From a virus, in IMG/VR virus record IMGVR_UViG_3300047476_000972, positions 13,562 to 77,561 of that record: a stretch of DNA of 64,000 bases; one strand, written 5' to 3'. The notes below the pieces were generated by a model. That model did no database searches. It worked only from the letters and a program-made list of their open reading frames with translations, and had not been told where the DNA came from. Shown in pieces: positions 1-8,618 of the stretch. The translations under genes were made by a program, and so were the position numbers. Positions within the stretch are counted from its first letter, which is position 1. Each line of letters opens with the position of its first letter.

Positions 1-1
1 T

Positions 2-379
2 GGCGAGCAGGGTGTAATTCACATGACTCGCGATGTTGCAGCTCTTCTAGCTAGCAACTCAAACATGCTTTTCCACGACGCCGGAACAGAACACCTACAA
101 ACCATGGGTGGGACTCCAGTAGTTGTTGGATCTGGTTATTCAGGCACTGGTCCTGATGGTGCAACTGGTGCTACCGCGTCAGTCACCAACAAATGGATTT
201 ACGCCACTGGCACCGTCCGCACTTATGTGGGCGATGTTGATGTCGTGAACGACAATCTAAGCCAAGCTTACGATGTGTCGGGTAATGCGAATGACATGCG
301 TCTCAAAGCAATCCGCCCAGCCGCGGCTTACTTTGATACATCAATCCACCTTGCTGTTCGAGTCGATCTAACAGCCTAA
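2..379 (+). CDS. C-terminal part of a virion structural protein, probably major capsid pentamer-like; starts upstream of the window
   Basis: Frame is open from base 2 (GEQGVIHMTRD...). Motifs GVIH, T.GGTPVVVGSGY and WIYATG.V, and the position directly before the major tail gene, resemble cluster-B-type actinophage organisation. Confidence 0.5.
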   Translation, partial: GEQGVIHMTRDVAALLASNSNMLFHDAGTEHLQTMGGTPVVVGSGYSGTGPDGATGATASVTNKWIYATGTVRTYVGDVDVVNDNLSQAYDVSGNANDMRLKAIRPAAAYFDTSIHLAVRVDLTA

Positions 380-398
380 ACCTAAGGAGAATAGCTAA

Positions 399-1544
399 AT
401 GGCTACTCAAGAATATGCAGCTAGCATCCAGGGTGTGTCTATTCGCGTCACCCGTCTGGATTCTGCCGGCAACTTGATGACTGGTCCAGGAGACAGCTAT
501 ACCACCTCTGCATTCATGCGTATCTCGTTCACTCCAGAATATGAAGAGGGCGACGAGATCACTGAAAAGGGTGCAAACGGTGTTGTATGTGTAACCTACA
601 AGGCACCAGACACACTGAAGCGTATCACCATGGAGCTCGCAATCTGTGAGCCAGACCCAGAGCTTTCAGCTCTATTGTCTGGTGGTCTACTGCTTCGCAA
701 GAACATCGGATCTTCTGAAGACCCTAACCTAAAGTCTGTCGGTTGGGCAGCTCCTGGTGTTGGTGACGACCCTGCTGGTAACGGTGTTGCCATCGAGGCT
801 TGGTCACACGCTGTTAAGGACGGAAAGCGCGCTGGCGTTCTTCCTTACTTCCACTGGGTATTCCCATACGTGAAGATGCGTCAGTCAGGTGACCGCGTTA
901 TTGAAAATGGTCTATTGGCTAACACATTCGAAGGCTTTGGCCTTGGAAACTCGGCCTTCCAGTCTGGTATTGATGGCCGCTGGGAATTCCCAGTTGCTGC
1001 AGAGCGTCCATACGCTTACGCACGTGCCGACTGGGCTCCAACCGGTCTAAACGGCTTCTACACTTGGACTGATGGAACTGGTCCAGTTGTATTTACCGCA
1101 CCAAACGCTAAGTCACCTACTGCGATCAACATTGAGAGTGCTGCAGCTACTTACGCTAGCTCGACTGGTACTGCAACTCTTACCTTCAGCGCGGCTCACG
1201 GTATCTCGGCTAATGACCAGATTTATGTCCAGAATGTTGGCGCAGCGTTTAACGGCACCTACACTGTATCTTCTTCTGTTGGTGCGACTGGTACTGGCGG
1301 AACCTACACTGTTAGCTACGTAAGCACTGGCGTCACTGATGCCATCACTAGCTTCGACGTATCGTCTGGTGCTCGTGTAACAGTTACTAACTCGGTAACT
1401 GAAACTCACCCAGCTCCTACCGCTGTAACTAGCGCACAGCTTGGTGCTGATGCTGATGACACCAGCTACAACGTACCTGGAAACATCAACTACAACGCTG
1501 ACAACGACATCGACAACATCATCGTTTCGAACGAGTCAGAGTAA
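399..1544 (+). CDS. Major tail (tube) protein with C-terminal decoration domain
   Basis: N-terminal IRVTRLD..G, EYEEGDEI and C.PDP motifs typical of actinophage tail tube proteins; strong SD (AAGGAG); C-terminal beta-rich extension. Confidence 0.8.
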   Translation: MATQEYAASIQGVSIRVTRLDSAGNLMTGPGDSYTTSAFMRISFTPEYEEGDEITEKGANGVVCVTYKAPDTLKRITMELAICEPDPELSALLSGGLLLRKNIGSSEDPNLKSVGWAAPGVGDDPAGNGVAIEAWSHAVKDGKRAGVLPYFHWVFPYVKMRQSGDRVIENGLLANTFEGFGLGNSAFQSGIDGRWEFPVAAERPYAYARADWAPTGLNGFYTWTDGTGPVVFTAPNAKSPTAINIESAAATYASSTGTATLTFSAAHGISANDQIYVQNVGAAFNGTYTVSSSVGATGTGGTYTVSYVSTGVTDAITSFDVSSGARVTVTNSVTETHPAPTAVTSAQLGADADDTSYNVPGNINYNADNDIDNIIVSNESE

Positions 1545-1558
1545 CAACTACTAAGTAA

Positions 1559-1601
1559 AACGGGTGGCGCACTGGTCTAATAAGCTAGTACGCCACCCGT
1601 T
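1559..1601 (+). terminator. Long GC-rich hairpin after the major tail gene (terminator, stabiliser or processing site)
   Basis: AACGGGTGGCG (1559-1569) pairs with CGCCACCCGTT (1591-1601); inner ACTGGT/GCTAGT; no clear U-tract. Confidence 0.55.
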
Positions 1602-1622
1602 AAACTTAGAAGAGAGGTTTAT

Positions 1623-2726
1623 ATGACAAATAACTTTTGGATCCAGCCCGAAGAGCTTGGCGATTACTCATATACAGAGTTCACCGAAGAAGCTGTTCGC
1701 ACTGCGTCATACCTTCTCTGGGCCATGTCAGGTCGCAAGTACACTGGTGAAACCACGGTAACTGAGCGTTACACCTGTACCCTACGCAATAACCGACTCG
1801 GCCCTTCAACTAAAACTAACTCTCCAGTCCTTTTCGGTGGAGATGTCTACAACATTCCTTCTGGGGATTACGACGAATACTCCGAACTAACCTCTGACGG
1901 TATGTCCCCAGACTCGCGCATCCGACTACGCGGGCGTCCAGTAACTAAGATTCACGCCATTCGTAATCGTCTTGGTGACATAATTGACCCATCTAACTAC
2001 TACCTCGTTGATCACTCAACTGTGCACGTTAAGGCCGGAACTCCTTGGACCCCATGCAATACTGAGGTTACATACTCATACGGTACTCCAGTTCCTGCTG
2101 TTGGAAAGATGGCAGCTAGAACCCTCGCCATTGAGTTCATCAAGCTTTGGTCTGATGACGACACGTGCCAGCTCCCTCAGCGCGTGACCTCCGTTTCACG
2201 TCAGGGCGTTTCCTACACCATTCTTGACAACCAAGAGTTCATCGAAGAACTTCGTACTGGCCTATACGTCATTGACCTATTCCTCAAGACCGTGAACCCA
2301 GACAACGCTCGACGTAAGTCGAAGGTATTCTCTCCAGATCAGCCTCGCGCTAGACGTTACTCGCCGAAAGCTCTTGTACTTACTGCTGATGCCGACTTTG
2401 ACTTGGCCCTAGTCAAGGGAGCTTCTGCAAGCTGGACATCCACCGGCCTTGATGTTGACCTAAGCAACTTCGAAGAGGACTGGGACCCACTAGTTCAAAT
2501 CAATAGCTATAGCGGTATTCGCTCTACCAACTTAGATAGCTCTGACGTCACTCTATCTTCTAACAATACTGTTCTAAGCTTCACCGTTCCATATGCAAAG
2601 GCAAATGCTCCACTTGGAATGGTTGACCCGGGTTATTGGACTCTCTACGCTACAAAAACTATTGACGGCGTAGAGAACCTAGTAGAACTTGCTTCTGGAA
2701 ACCTCCAGATCAAGATGTATAGCTAA
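1623..2726 (+). CDS. Head-to-tail adaptor with extra C-terminal BppU-like beta-sandwich domain
   Basis: A.YLLWAMSGR.Y.G, LA.EF, C.LP.RVTSVSRQGVS and TGL..ID.F...VNP adaptor motifs; C-terminal ~120 aa resembles ORFs 37135-37497 and 50309-50671. Confidence 0.75.
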   Translation: MTNNFWIQPEELGDYSYTEFTEEAVRTASYLLWAMSGRKYTGETTVTERYTCTLRNNRLGPSTKTNSPVLFGGDVYNIPSGDYDEYSELTSDGMSPDSRIRLRGRPVTKIHAIRNRLGDIIDPSNYYLVDHSTVHVKAGTPWTPCNTEVTYSYGTPVPAVGKMAARTLAIEFIKLWSDDDTCQLPQRVTSVSRQGVSYTILDNQEFIEELRTGLYVIDLFLKTVNPDNARRKSKVFSPDQPRARRYSPKALVLTADADFDLALVKGASASWTSTGLDVDLSNFEEDWDPLVQINSYSGIRSTNLDSSDVTLSSNNTVLSFTVPYAKANAPLGMVDPGYWTLYATKTIDGVENLVELASGNLQIKMYS

Positions 2727-2737
2727 GAGAGGTAAAT

Positions 2738-2926
2738 ATGTCAATTCAGACTAATTTCCGCGCTCAGGACATGCTTGGTACCGCTAAGCCTGCCCCTAAG
2801 GCTGCTCCTGCTCCTAAGAAGGTGGCTACTAAGCCAGCTCCTAAGGTAGAGGCTCCTAAGGTAGAGGCTCCAGTGGTAGAGGTTGTAGCTGAGGCAGAAC
2901 CTGCTGTTGACGTTGTAGAGGAGTAA
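2738..2926 (+). CDS. Small low-complexity P/A/K/E/V-rich protein
   Basis: SD GAGGT; coupled between structural genes; contains a 15-nt repeat encoding APKVE. Confidence 0.6.
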   Translation: MSIQTNFRAQDMLGTAKPAPKAAPAPKKVATKPAPKVEAPKVEAPVVEVVAEAEPAVDVVEE

Positions 2927-2928
2927 AA

Positions 2929-3438
2929 ATGACAACGACCGCTATTGACTTTACTGGTGTTACCGAAGATGCAACAAACCTTCGTGACATGATGGAAGGT
3001 GTACTCGAGCGCGTCCAGTCTATTTTTCAGTCCTACAACGTAGAGCTTCCTCAGAGGAAGTATTGGACGATGGGGCAACCAGCTATTGATTGTGAGCAGC
3101 TGGTTGTTTCATTCGTTCAGATGTATTTAGGCGCGCCTGGCGCTCAGGTTGCTGAACCTCAGCGTTGCCACGTTCCTCGCAGTGCGACTCTTAACATTAT
3201 GATTTCTAGGGCTACTCCTATTGTTGGTCAGAATGGTAGACCTCCAGCTCCTACAAAGATTCAGCAAGCGTCCGAGACTCTGGCAATTGACTCATGGGTT
3301 CTTATGCAGTCAGTAAACTTGCTTGATCAGTGGGATGAGACTGGCTACGGCGTTGGTGTTATTGCAACTCTAGAAGCTGGATCGCCTGAAGGTGGGTTCC
3401 AAACCACGACTATGAACGTCACTATGGCGGTCCCATAA
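2929..3438 (+). CDS. Tail terminator / head-tail joining protein (putative)
   Basis: Position in the neck module; P..DCEQL.V and P.GG motifs as in actinophage neck proteins. Confidence 0.55.
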   Translation: MTTTAIDFTGVTEDATNLRDMMEGVLERVQSIFQSYNVELPQRKYWTMGQPAIDCEQLVVSFVQMYLGAPGAQVAEPQRCHVPRSATLNIMISRATPIVGQNGRPPAPTKIQQASETLAIDSWVLMQSVNLLDQWDETGYGVGVIATLEAGSPEGGFQTTTMNVTMAVP

Positions 3439-3439
3439 A

Positions 3440-3964
3440 ATGCCAGCTTGGGGACTAGTCCCAGACAGTCCGTGGATATATGCGGCTCAGAAGTTTGGTG
3501 GTAAATATAAAGGAAAGTATCACCCGAAGCCACTTGGACGAGGTGGACTTTCCGCTGGATTTACTTTTGCAAGCTCTACAGTCAAAATATATAAAACTGC
3601 TCTTAACTACCAGACTCACGATCCGTCTGGAATGGTTGGTTCTTACCTACACAAAATAGGAAAAAGAATTGAAAGAGGGGCTAAAAGACAAGTTGGAGTT
3701 CAGAGTGGCAAGCTGCGCCGTAGCATTAACCTACAACATATAGCTTTTAGAGAAGGTGCAGCCATTAAGGTTGGATCTAATGTGAACTATGCTCTCCTAC
3801 ATCACGAAGGCTCTAGGCCTCACATAATTACCCCTGACCCACCTAATACAGTTTTGGTATTTGGCAGAGGATCTCGCGTAATTCATACCAGAGCTGTTAA
3901 CCACCCTGGCACTAAACCTAATAGATACCTATCTGATCAACTCAGAATCCACGTAAGAGGGTAA
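3440..3964 (+). CDS. HK97 gp10-like tail completion / neck protein
   Basis: V.SGKLRRSI, VGSNVNYALLHHEGSRPH.I and V.HPGTKPN.YL motifs. Confidence 0.75.
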   Translation: MPAWGLVPDSPWIYAAQKFGGKYKGKYHPKPLGRGGLSAGFTFASSTVKIYKTALNYQTHDPSGMVGSYLHKIGKRIERGAKRQVGVQSGKLRRSINLQHIAFREGAAIKVGSNVNYALLHHEGSRPHIITPDPPNTVLVFGRGSRVIHTRAVNHPGTKPNRYLSDQLRIHVRG

Positions 3965-4014
3965 AATAGAAGTACTGCTATTTGGCAGGAACAAGAAAGA
4001 AAGACATAAATAAT

Positions 4015-4350
4015 ATGACTAAATTCAAGGACTTTGGTACGGGCCCAGACCTGTCCAATGTAGAGCCAATCACCTTCGCACTCCACGGAGAGACTTTTGA
4101 GTGCAAGAAAGCTGTTCCAGGTAAGCTTCTTCTTAGCCTAGTTGCTAAGTCAAAGTCGGAGGATCCAGCTGAAGCTGCTGCAACTATCGGAGATTTCTTC
4201 TCTAAGGTTCTACTATCTGACAGCTACACCCGCTTTGATGCTCTACTAGAAGACCCGGATCGAATCGTAACTGTAGAGCAGTTGGGTGAGATTACTGGCT
4301 GGATTGTAGAGCAGTTCGGTGACCGCCCGGAAGAGCAGCCAGAGGCTTAG
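4015..4350 (+). CDS. Tail assembly chaperone (G protein)
   Basis: Lies upstream of the tape measure gene; ends WIVEQFGDRP; ATG at 4015 preferred to TTG at 3982. Confidence 0.75.
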   Translation: MTKFKDFGTGPDLSNVEPITFALHGETFECKKAVPGKLLLSLVAKSKSEDPAEAAATIGDFFSKVLLSDSYTRFDALLEDPDRIVTVEQLGEITGWIVEQFGDRPEEQPEA

Positions 4351-4712
4351 CAGAATGGGCTATTGACCTCTGGCCCTATGTAAACGGAAAAGCTCTGACC
4401 CTAGGAATTGATTTGAAGGAGATGAATATGTCAGACATGTTAGACGTCATTCATTTTCTTTTTGAAGAAGATTCTCGATACTCGTCTCAGGAAGAAGTCG
4501 AGTCAGTTAGCGCGATGAGGACTCAAATTTATGAGGGGCTGTATGGCGTGCCTTACACCTATAAGTTGAAAAAGAGCTCGAGATCAAACATGAATTCTTC
4601 TTCGGGAGATTTTTCTGGCATTGAAGAGACTAAACCATACATTCCTCCAACAGAGTTTGATCCAGAATCATCCAATCCATTCGGCAGTCTTTTAGAAGCT
4701 CCGCTTCGCTAG
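4323..4712 (+). CDS. Tail assembly chaperone frameshift extension (T part of GT), reached by a -1 frameshift
   Basis: The -1 frame opens at 4323 (after TGA 4320-4322) and reads ...LAEWAIDLWPYVNGKALTLGIDLKEMNMSDMLDVIHFL, a typical T-region; no in-frame start before TTG 4413. Confidence 0.7.
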   Translation, partial: PPGRAARGLAEWAIDLWPYVNGKALTLGIDLKEMNMSDMLDVIHFLFEEDSRYSSQEEVESVSAMRTQIYEGLYGVPYTYKLKKSSRSNMNSSSGDFSGIEETKPYIPPTEFDPESSNPFGSLLEAPLR

Positions 4713-4728
4713 TTAAGTAGGTGAAAAA

Positions 4729-7599
4729 GTGGCCCTAGTAGGTGAAGCGCATATCCTCGTTCGTGCTATTACAACGAACGTAGAGAAGGATATTAAGCGC
4801 GCTTTCAGCAATGTTAGCGGTAGTTCTGCGTCCAATGCTGGAGCATCTCTAGGAGCTTCTTTTTCTAGAGGGCTTAGAGGTAGCTTAGATAATAATGTTT
4901 TTTCCAGACTAGCCGAGAACATTGCCCAGATAGCACCTAATGGAGAGCAAGCTAGATTAGCTTTCCAGGGCATGGTAAGAAGCTCCTACACGGCTGGGAC
5001 TGCGATTTCCGTACTACTAGGGGCAATATCTTCTCTAATAGGTGGTCTTGGTGCGCTAGTTGGTGCTGCTGGGCAGGCCGCCGTTGGCTTGGTTGCTGTT
5101 GCTGGTGCTGCAGTAGCCCTTAAAGTTGGATTTAGCGTTGCTGGGCTAGCCTTCAAGGGAATTAGCCAAGCAGTTTCTGCGGCAACCTCGGCAAACAAGT
5201 CTTATGCTGACTCATTAAGAAAAGCTAAGTTCGAAGCAGAAGAAGCTGCTCTAGCGGTTGACGAAGCATCTCTAAACCTAGAGAAAGCAATTGAAGCTAG
5301 AAACCGAGTAGCTGATCTACCAGTTAATAGCAGAATACGAAGAGAAGCAGATCTCAACGTAAAAAAGGCAGAACTTGCACTACGTAAGGCAAAGGATGCC
5401 GAAAAGAATGCAGGTAAGGCCGCAGGTGGTGCTGGTAGTCAAGATCCATACGCCGGACTAACTCCTTCTCAGAAGGCGTTTGCTCAGTTCTTGGCTGGTC
5501 TAAAGACTAAGATGGACGAGATCAAAGAGGCTGCAGCTAAGGGCTTCCTACCTCTACTGAAGACTCAGATGGAGCGTCTAATCCAAGCTGGCGCTCTGGA
5601 GATTATACGAGACAGATTCTATGACATCGGCAGAGGCATGGGATTCGCTGCCGAAAAATTTACTGACATTGTCATGATCAGAGGTAGCCTAAAGAAGCTA
5701 GATGAAGTATTAAAAAATATCTCCGAGCAACTTCCGCCAATGGGTACTATTTTTGGAAACCTGTTTGACGGTTTGTTAAGTGTTCTTCGTCTTGCTGACC
5801 CAGCTATACGAAACTTTATTGGCTATTTAGAAACTAAGTCAAAGAAGTTTGCTGACTATTTTACCGTTGGTGGAGACCCTAAAAACAGCTCCATATCTAA
5901 GTTTTTTGTGGAATCGGAAAAAATGTTGGAAAGATTCTTTGGAATCTTTGGAAACATTTTCAAGACCATAGGAACCTTAGTAGAGGCTAACTTTGGTCTT
6001 GGCTCTGGTGGCGAGATCATGGTGACTTGGCTGGAAAAAACTACCAGCGGGTGGGCCAACATGGGACGTACTTTTGACGGCAAAGTCAGTGCTCCATTCA
6101 AGCAATGGTTTAGTGATGCTGCAACCAATACAACAAAAATATTGGACTCTATCGGAGCGCTTATTAAGGAGTTCCTCAAGCTGGGCGATATGCCAGAAAT
6201 CGGCGAGACCTTTGACATCCTTAAAGCCGGAGCGCCTGCCATGGGTGAGCTCATGCGGGCTGGTATTAAGGCTGGACCTTCGCTAGCTCGACTAGTTGTA
6301 GAGTTGACAAGAATTTTTGTAGCCCTAGCTGACTCTGAGGGCCCTAAGGTCTTCTTTGACACTCTAACTACTTTTGCCTCGAAGACTGCAGACATTCTCG
6401 AGAGTGAAGTTGCTCAAAAAATTCTTAAAATGGTTGGTGGATTTCTAGCTTTTGCTCTTGCAATCGGCACAGTAACAAAACTTGCTAAATTCTTCGGAAG
6501 CGTCTTTATGGGAGTATTCCAGAACATAGCGGGTATGGCTGGTGGATTTATAACTAACCTAGGTAGATTCCAAAGTTTCCTTGTGCAGATGAACCTAGGG
6601 GCTAAAGACCTAATTGGTAAGGGTGGCTTCTTGAACACCCTATTCGGAAATCTAGGTGTTGGACTTAGCCGTTTCGGTCGTTTCTTGACTAGTTTTCCTG
6701 GTGTTGCAATTATTGCAACTCTTGTTACTCTATTTGTTGACCTATATAACAACTCCGAGACCTTTAGAACAACCGTGCAGGCCACCCTGTCTGGTATTGG
6801 CGATGCATTTGGTCGCCTCTGGGGCTCGCTAATGGGGCTGTTTGACCAGCTATTTGGTGGCGAAGGTTTGGGCGGAATTATGGAAGCCATTCGCCCAGTA
6901 ACTGAACTAATTCTTGGTACGGTATTCCCATTGATTGGTGGCGTAATTACCGTAATCATTGACACTGTAGCCACCGCAATTAACTTTATAACCACATTGG
7001 TTAGAACCATTATGAATGGTATTAAACCACTTGTTAGTGGAATCATGGATCTATTCAAGGGTAACTTCGGCCCTGGCCTCGCTAAGATTTTTGGTGGCAT
7101 AGGAATCATGTTGCTAGGAATTATTGAAGGCATTGTTAATGCCATCATTGGTGGAATTAACATAGTTCTAGGTGTGGTCAATGGTCTACTCAAGGCGATC
7201 GGTGATGGCCCTGTTGGTCAGTTCCTCAAGACTGTTACCGGTGGAGCTATCAACCTATCGAACGTTAAGCTAAAAGTCGATTACGTTGATTGGACTAGCA
7301 AGGCTAAGGCCAACTTGGCTAAAGTTGGCGGCACTAAGATGGCCACTGGTGGTACTGTATACCCAAGCTCTGGTGGATCAATGGTTACCGTAGCCGAGGC
7401 TGGTCGTCCAGAACGTATCGAACCACTACACCCTAACGGTCTATCTGATAGAGATATGGCTATCATCAACAAACTTTCTGGAGGCGGTGGCCCTCAGATT
7501 CAGGTCACAGTTAACCCATCTGCAAAGATGGATGAGCGCGAATTGGCAATGCAAGTTTCTCGCCAGATCGCATACGAGATTCGTAAGGGCGGTTACTAA
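4729..7599 (+). CDS. Tape measure protein (956 aa)
   Basis: Long Ala/Gly-rich helical protein after the chaperones; N-terminal VGEA.I.VRA; C-terminal MATGG...VAEAGRPE.I.PL. Confidence 0.9.
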   Translation: MALVGEAHILVRAITTNVEKDIKRAFSNVSGSSASNAGASLGASFSRGLRGSLDNNVFSRLAENIAQIAPNGEQARLAFQGMVRSSYTAGTAISVLLGAISSLIGGLGALVGAAGQAAVGLVAVAGAAVALKVGFSVAGLAFKGISQAVSAATSANKSYADSLRKAKFEAEEAALAVDEASLNLEKAIEARNRVADLPVNSRIRREADLNVKKAELALRKAKDAEKNAGKAAGGAGSQDPYAGLTPSQKAFAQFLAGLKTKMDEIKEAAAKGFLPLLKTQMERLIQAGALEIIRDRFYDIGRGMGFAAEKFTDIVMIRGSLKKLDEVLKNISEQLPPMGTIFGNLFDGLLSVLRLADPAIRNFIGYLETKSKKFADYFTVGGDPKNSSISKFFVESEKMLERFFGIFGNIFKTIGTLVEANFGLGSGGEIMVTWLEKTTSGWANMGRTFDGKVSAPFKQWFSDAATNTTKILDSIGALIKEFLKLGDMPEIGETFDILKAGAPAMGELMRAGIKAGPSLARLVVELTRIFVALADSEGPKVFFDTLTTFASKTADILESEVAQKILKMVGGFLAFALAIGTVTKLAKFFGSVFMGVFQNIAGMAGGFITNLGRFQSFLVQMNLGAKDLIGKGGFLNTLFGNLGVGLSRFGRFLTSFPGVAIIATLVTLFVDLYNNSETFRTTVQATLSGIGDAFGRLWGSLMGLFDQLFGGEGLGGIMEAIRPVTELILGTVFPLIGGVITVIIDTVATAINFITTLVRTIMNGIKPLVSGIMDLFKGNFGPGLAKIFGGIGIMLLGIIEGIVNAIIGGINIVLGVVNGLLKAIGDGPVGQFLKTVTGGAINLSNVKLKVDYVDWTSKAKANLAKVGGTKMATGGTVYPSSGGSMVTVAEAGRPERIEPLHPNGLSDRDMAIINKLSGGGGPQIQVTVNPSAKMDERELAMQVSRQIAYEIRKGGY

Positions 7600-8579
7600 T
7601 GCCAACATATTATGACCCTAGTGCAAATATAAATCCAGCTACTCAGGCGGATGAGAATAAGTTAGTAAACAAGGCACTATCTAACCTACCCGCTCCGCAC
7701 ATCTCGGGACTAAAACTTCAGGCCGACATTTCTATTGGTGACCTAACGCTCAATACTATTGACGATAGCGATGTTATCTGGGTATGTACGGATATCGAGG
7801 GTTGGTGGAATCTACCAGAACCAGAGCTTCCAGACCTTCCTCGAGGATGGGGAGACGGTTCCTATGATGCTAAGGGTCGCTACACTGCTAGGCTCATGAC
7901 CCTGAATGGCTCGTTCCTTACTCAGGATCCTTCCCAAGTTGAGGCTGCCAGACAAAAACTATTTAATGCTATTGACTTGGTATACGCTGGCGCGGACTTG
8001 GTAGTTAAGGAATCCCCAGTAATTAAAACTGCTTTTGTCAGACTTAGCGGTAGGCCAGAAATTGCCACCATGAAGGCTAGAGGTCGGACTGATTTTTCTA
8101 TTGGTCTTAAAGCTGCTGACCCAATCAAATACGAGTATCTTTACACTTCTAGCCAAGCTGGTTCAGGCGAGACTATTGTGGATGGTTACAGGGAAAAAAC
8201 TATCTCAGCCAATGGAAATACTACATGTACAAACTCGGGGACATATAAAGTTCCAACTGTCCTAGCTATAGCTGGTCCAGTTAATGCTGGAGCAACCATA
8301 GTTAATGCCATCAACTACTCTGACTCGAGCGTTACTGACATCTCTGAGACCATAACAGTAGTTACTGCTATCCCAAGCGGATCTACTCTAGAGATTGATT
8401 CGCTGAATAGAGAAGTGGTTCTAGTAACTGGAAGCACCGTTGTAAATGCGAGAAGTTATATCTCTACTCTCAGCGACTGGATCAGATTAGAGCCAAGCTC
8501 TAAGGCAAGCAATACAATCACCTTCACAGCCTCTGGAGGTACCTGTACCGTATCTTTCAGATCTGGCTGGATTGGCTAG
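7599..8579 (+). CDS. Distal tail protein (Dit) / minor tail protein
   Basis: Follows the TMP; DIEGWW..P, R.MTLNG, L.A.DP.KY and terminal FRSGW motifs. Confidence 0.75.
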   Translation: MPTYYDPSANINPATQADENKLVNKALSNLPAPHISGLKLQADISIGDLTLNTIDDSDVIWVCTDIEGWWNLPEPELPDLPRGWGDGSYDAKGRYTARLMTLNGSFLTQDPSQVEAARQKLFNAIDLVYAGADLVVKESPVIKTAFVRLSGRPEIATMKARGRTDFSIGLKAADPIKYEYLYTSSQAGSGETIVDGYREKTISANGNTTCTNSGTYKVPTVLAIAGPVNAGATIVNAINYSDSSVTDISETITVVTAIPSGSTLEIDSLNREVVLVTGSTVVNARSYISTLSDWIRLEPSSKASNTITFTASGGTCTVSFRSGWIG

Positions 8580-8618
8580 TGTTATAATTTATCTAAAGAC
8601 AACGACGAAAGTACAGTA

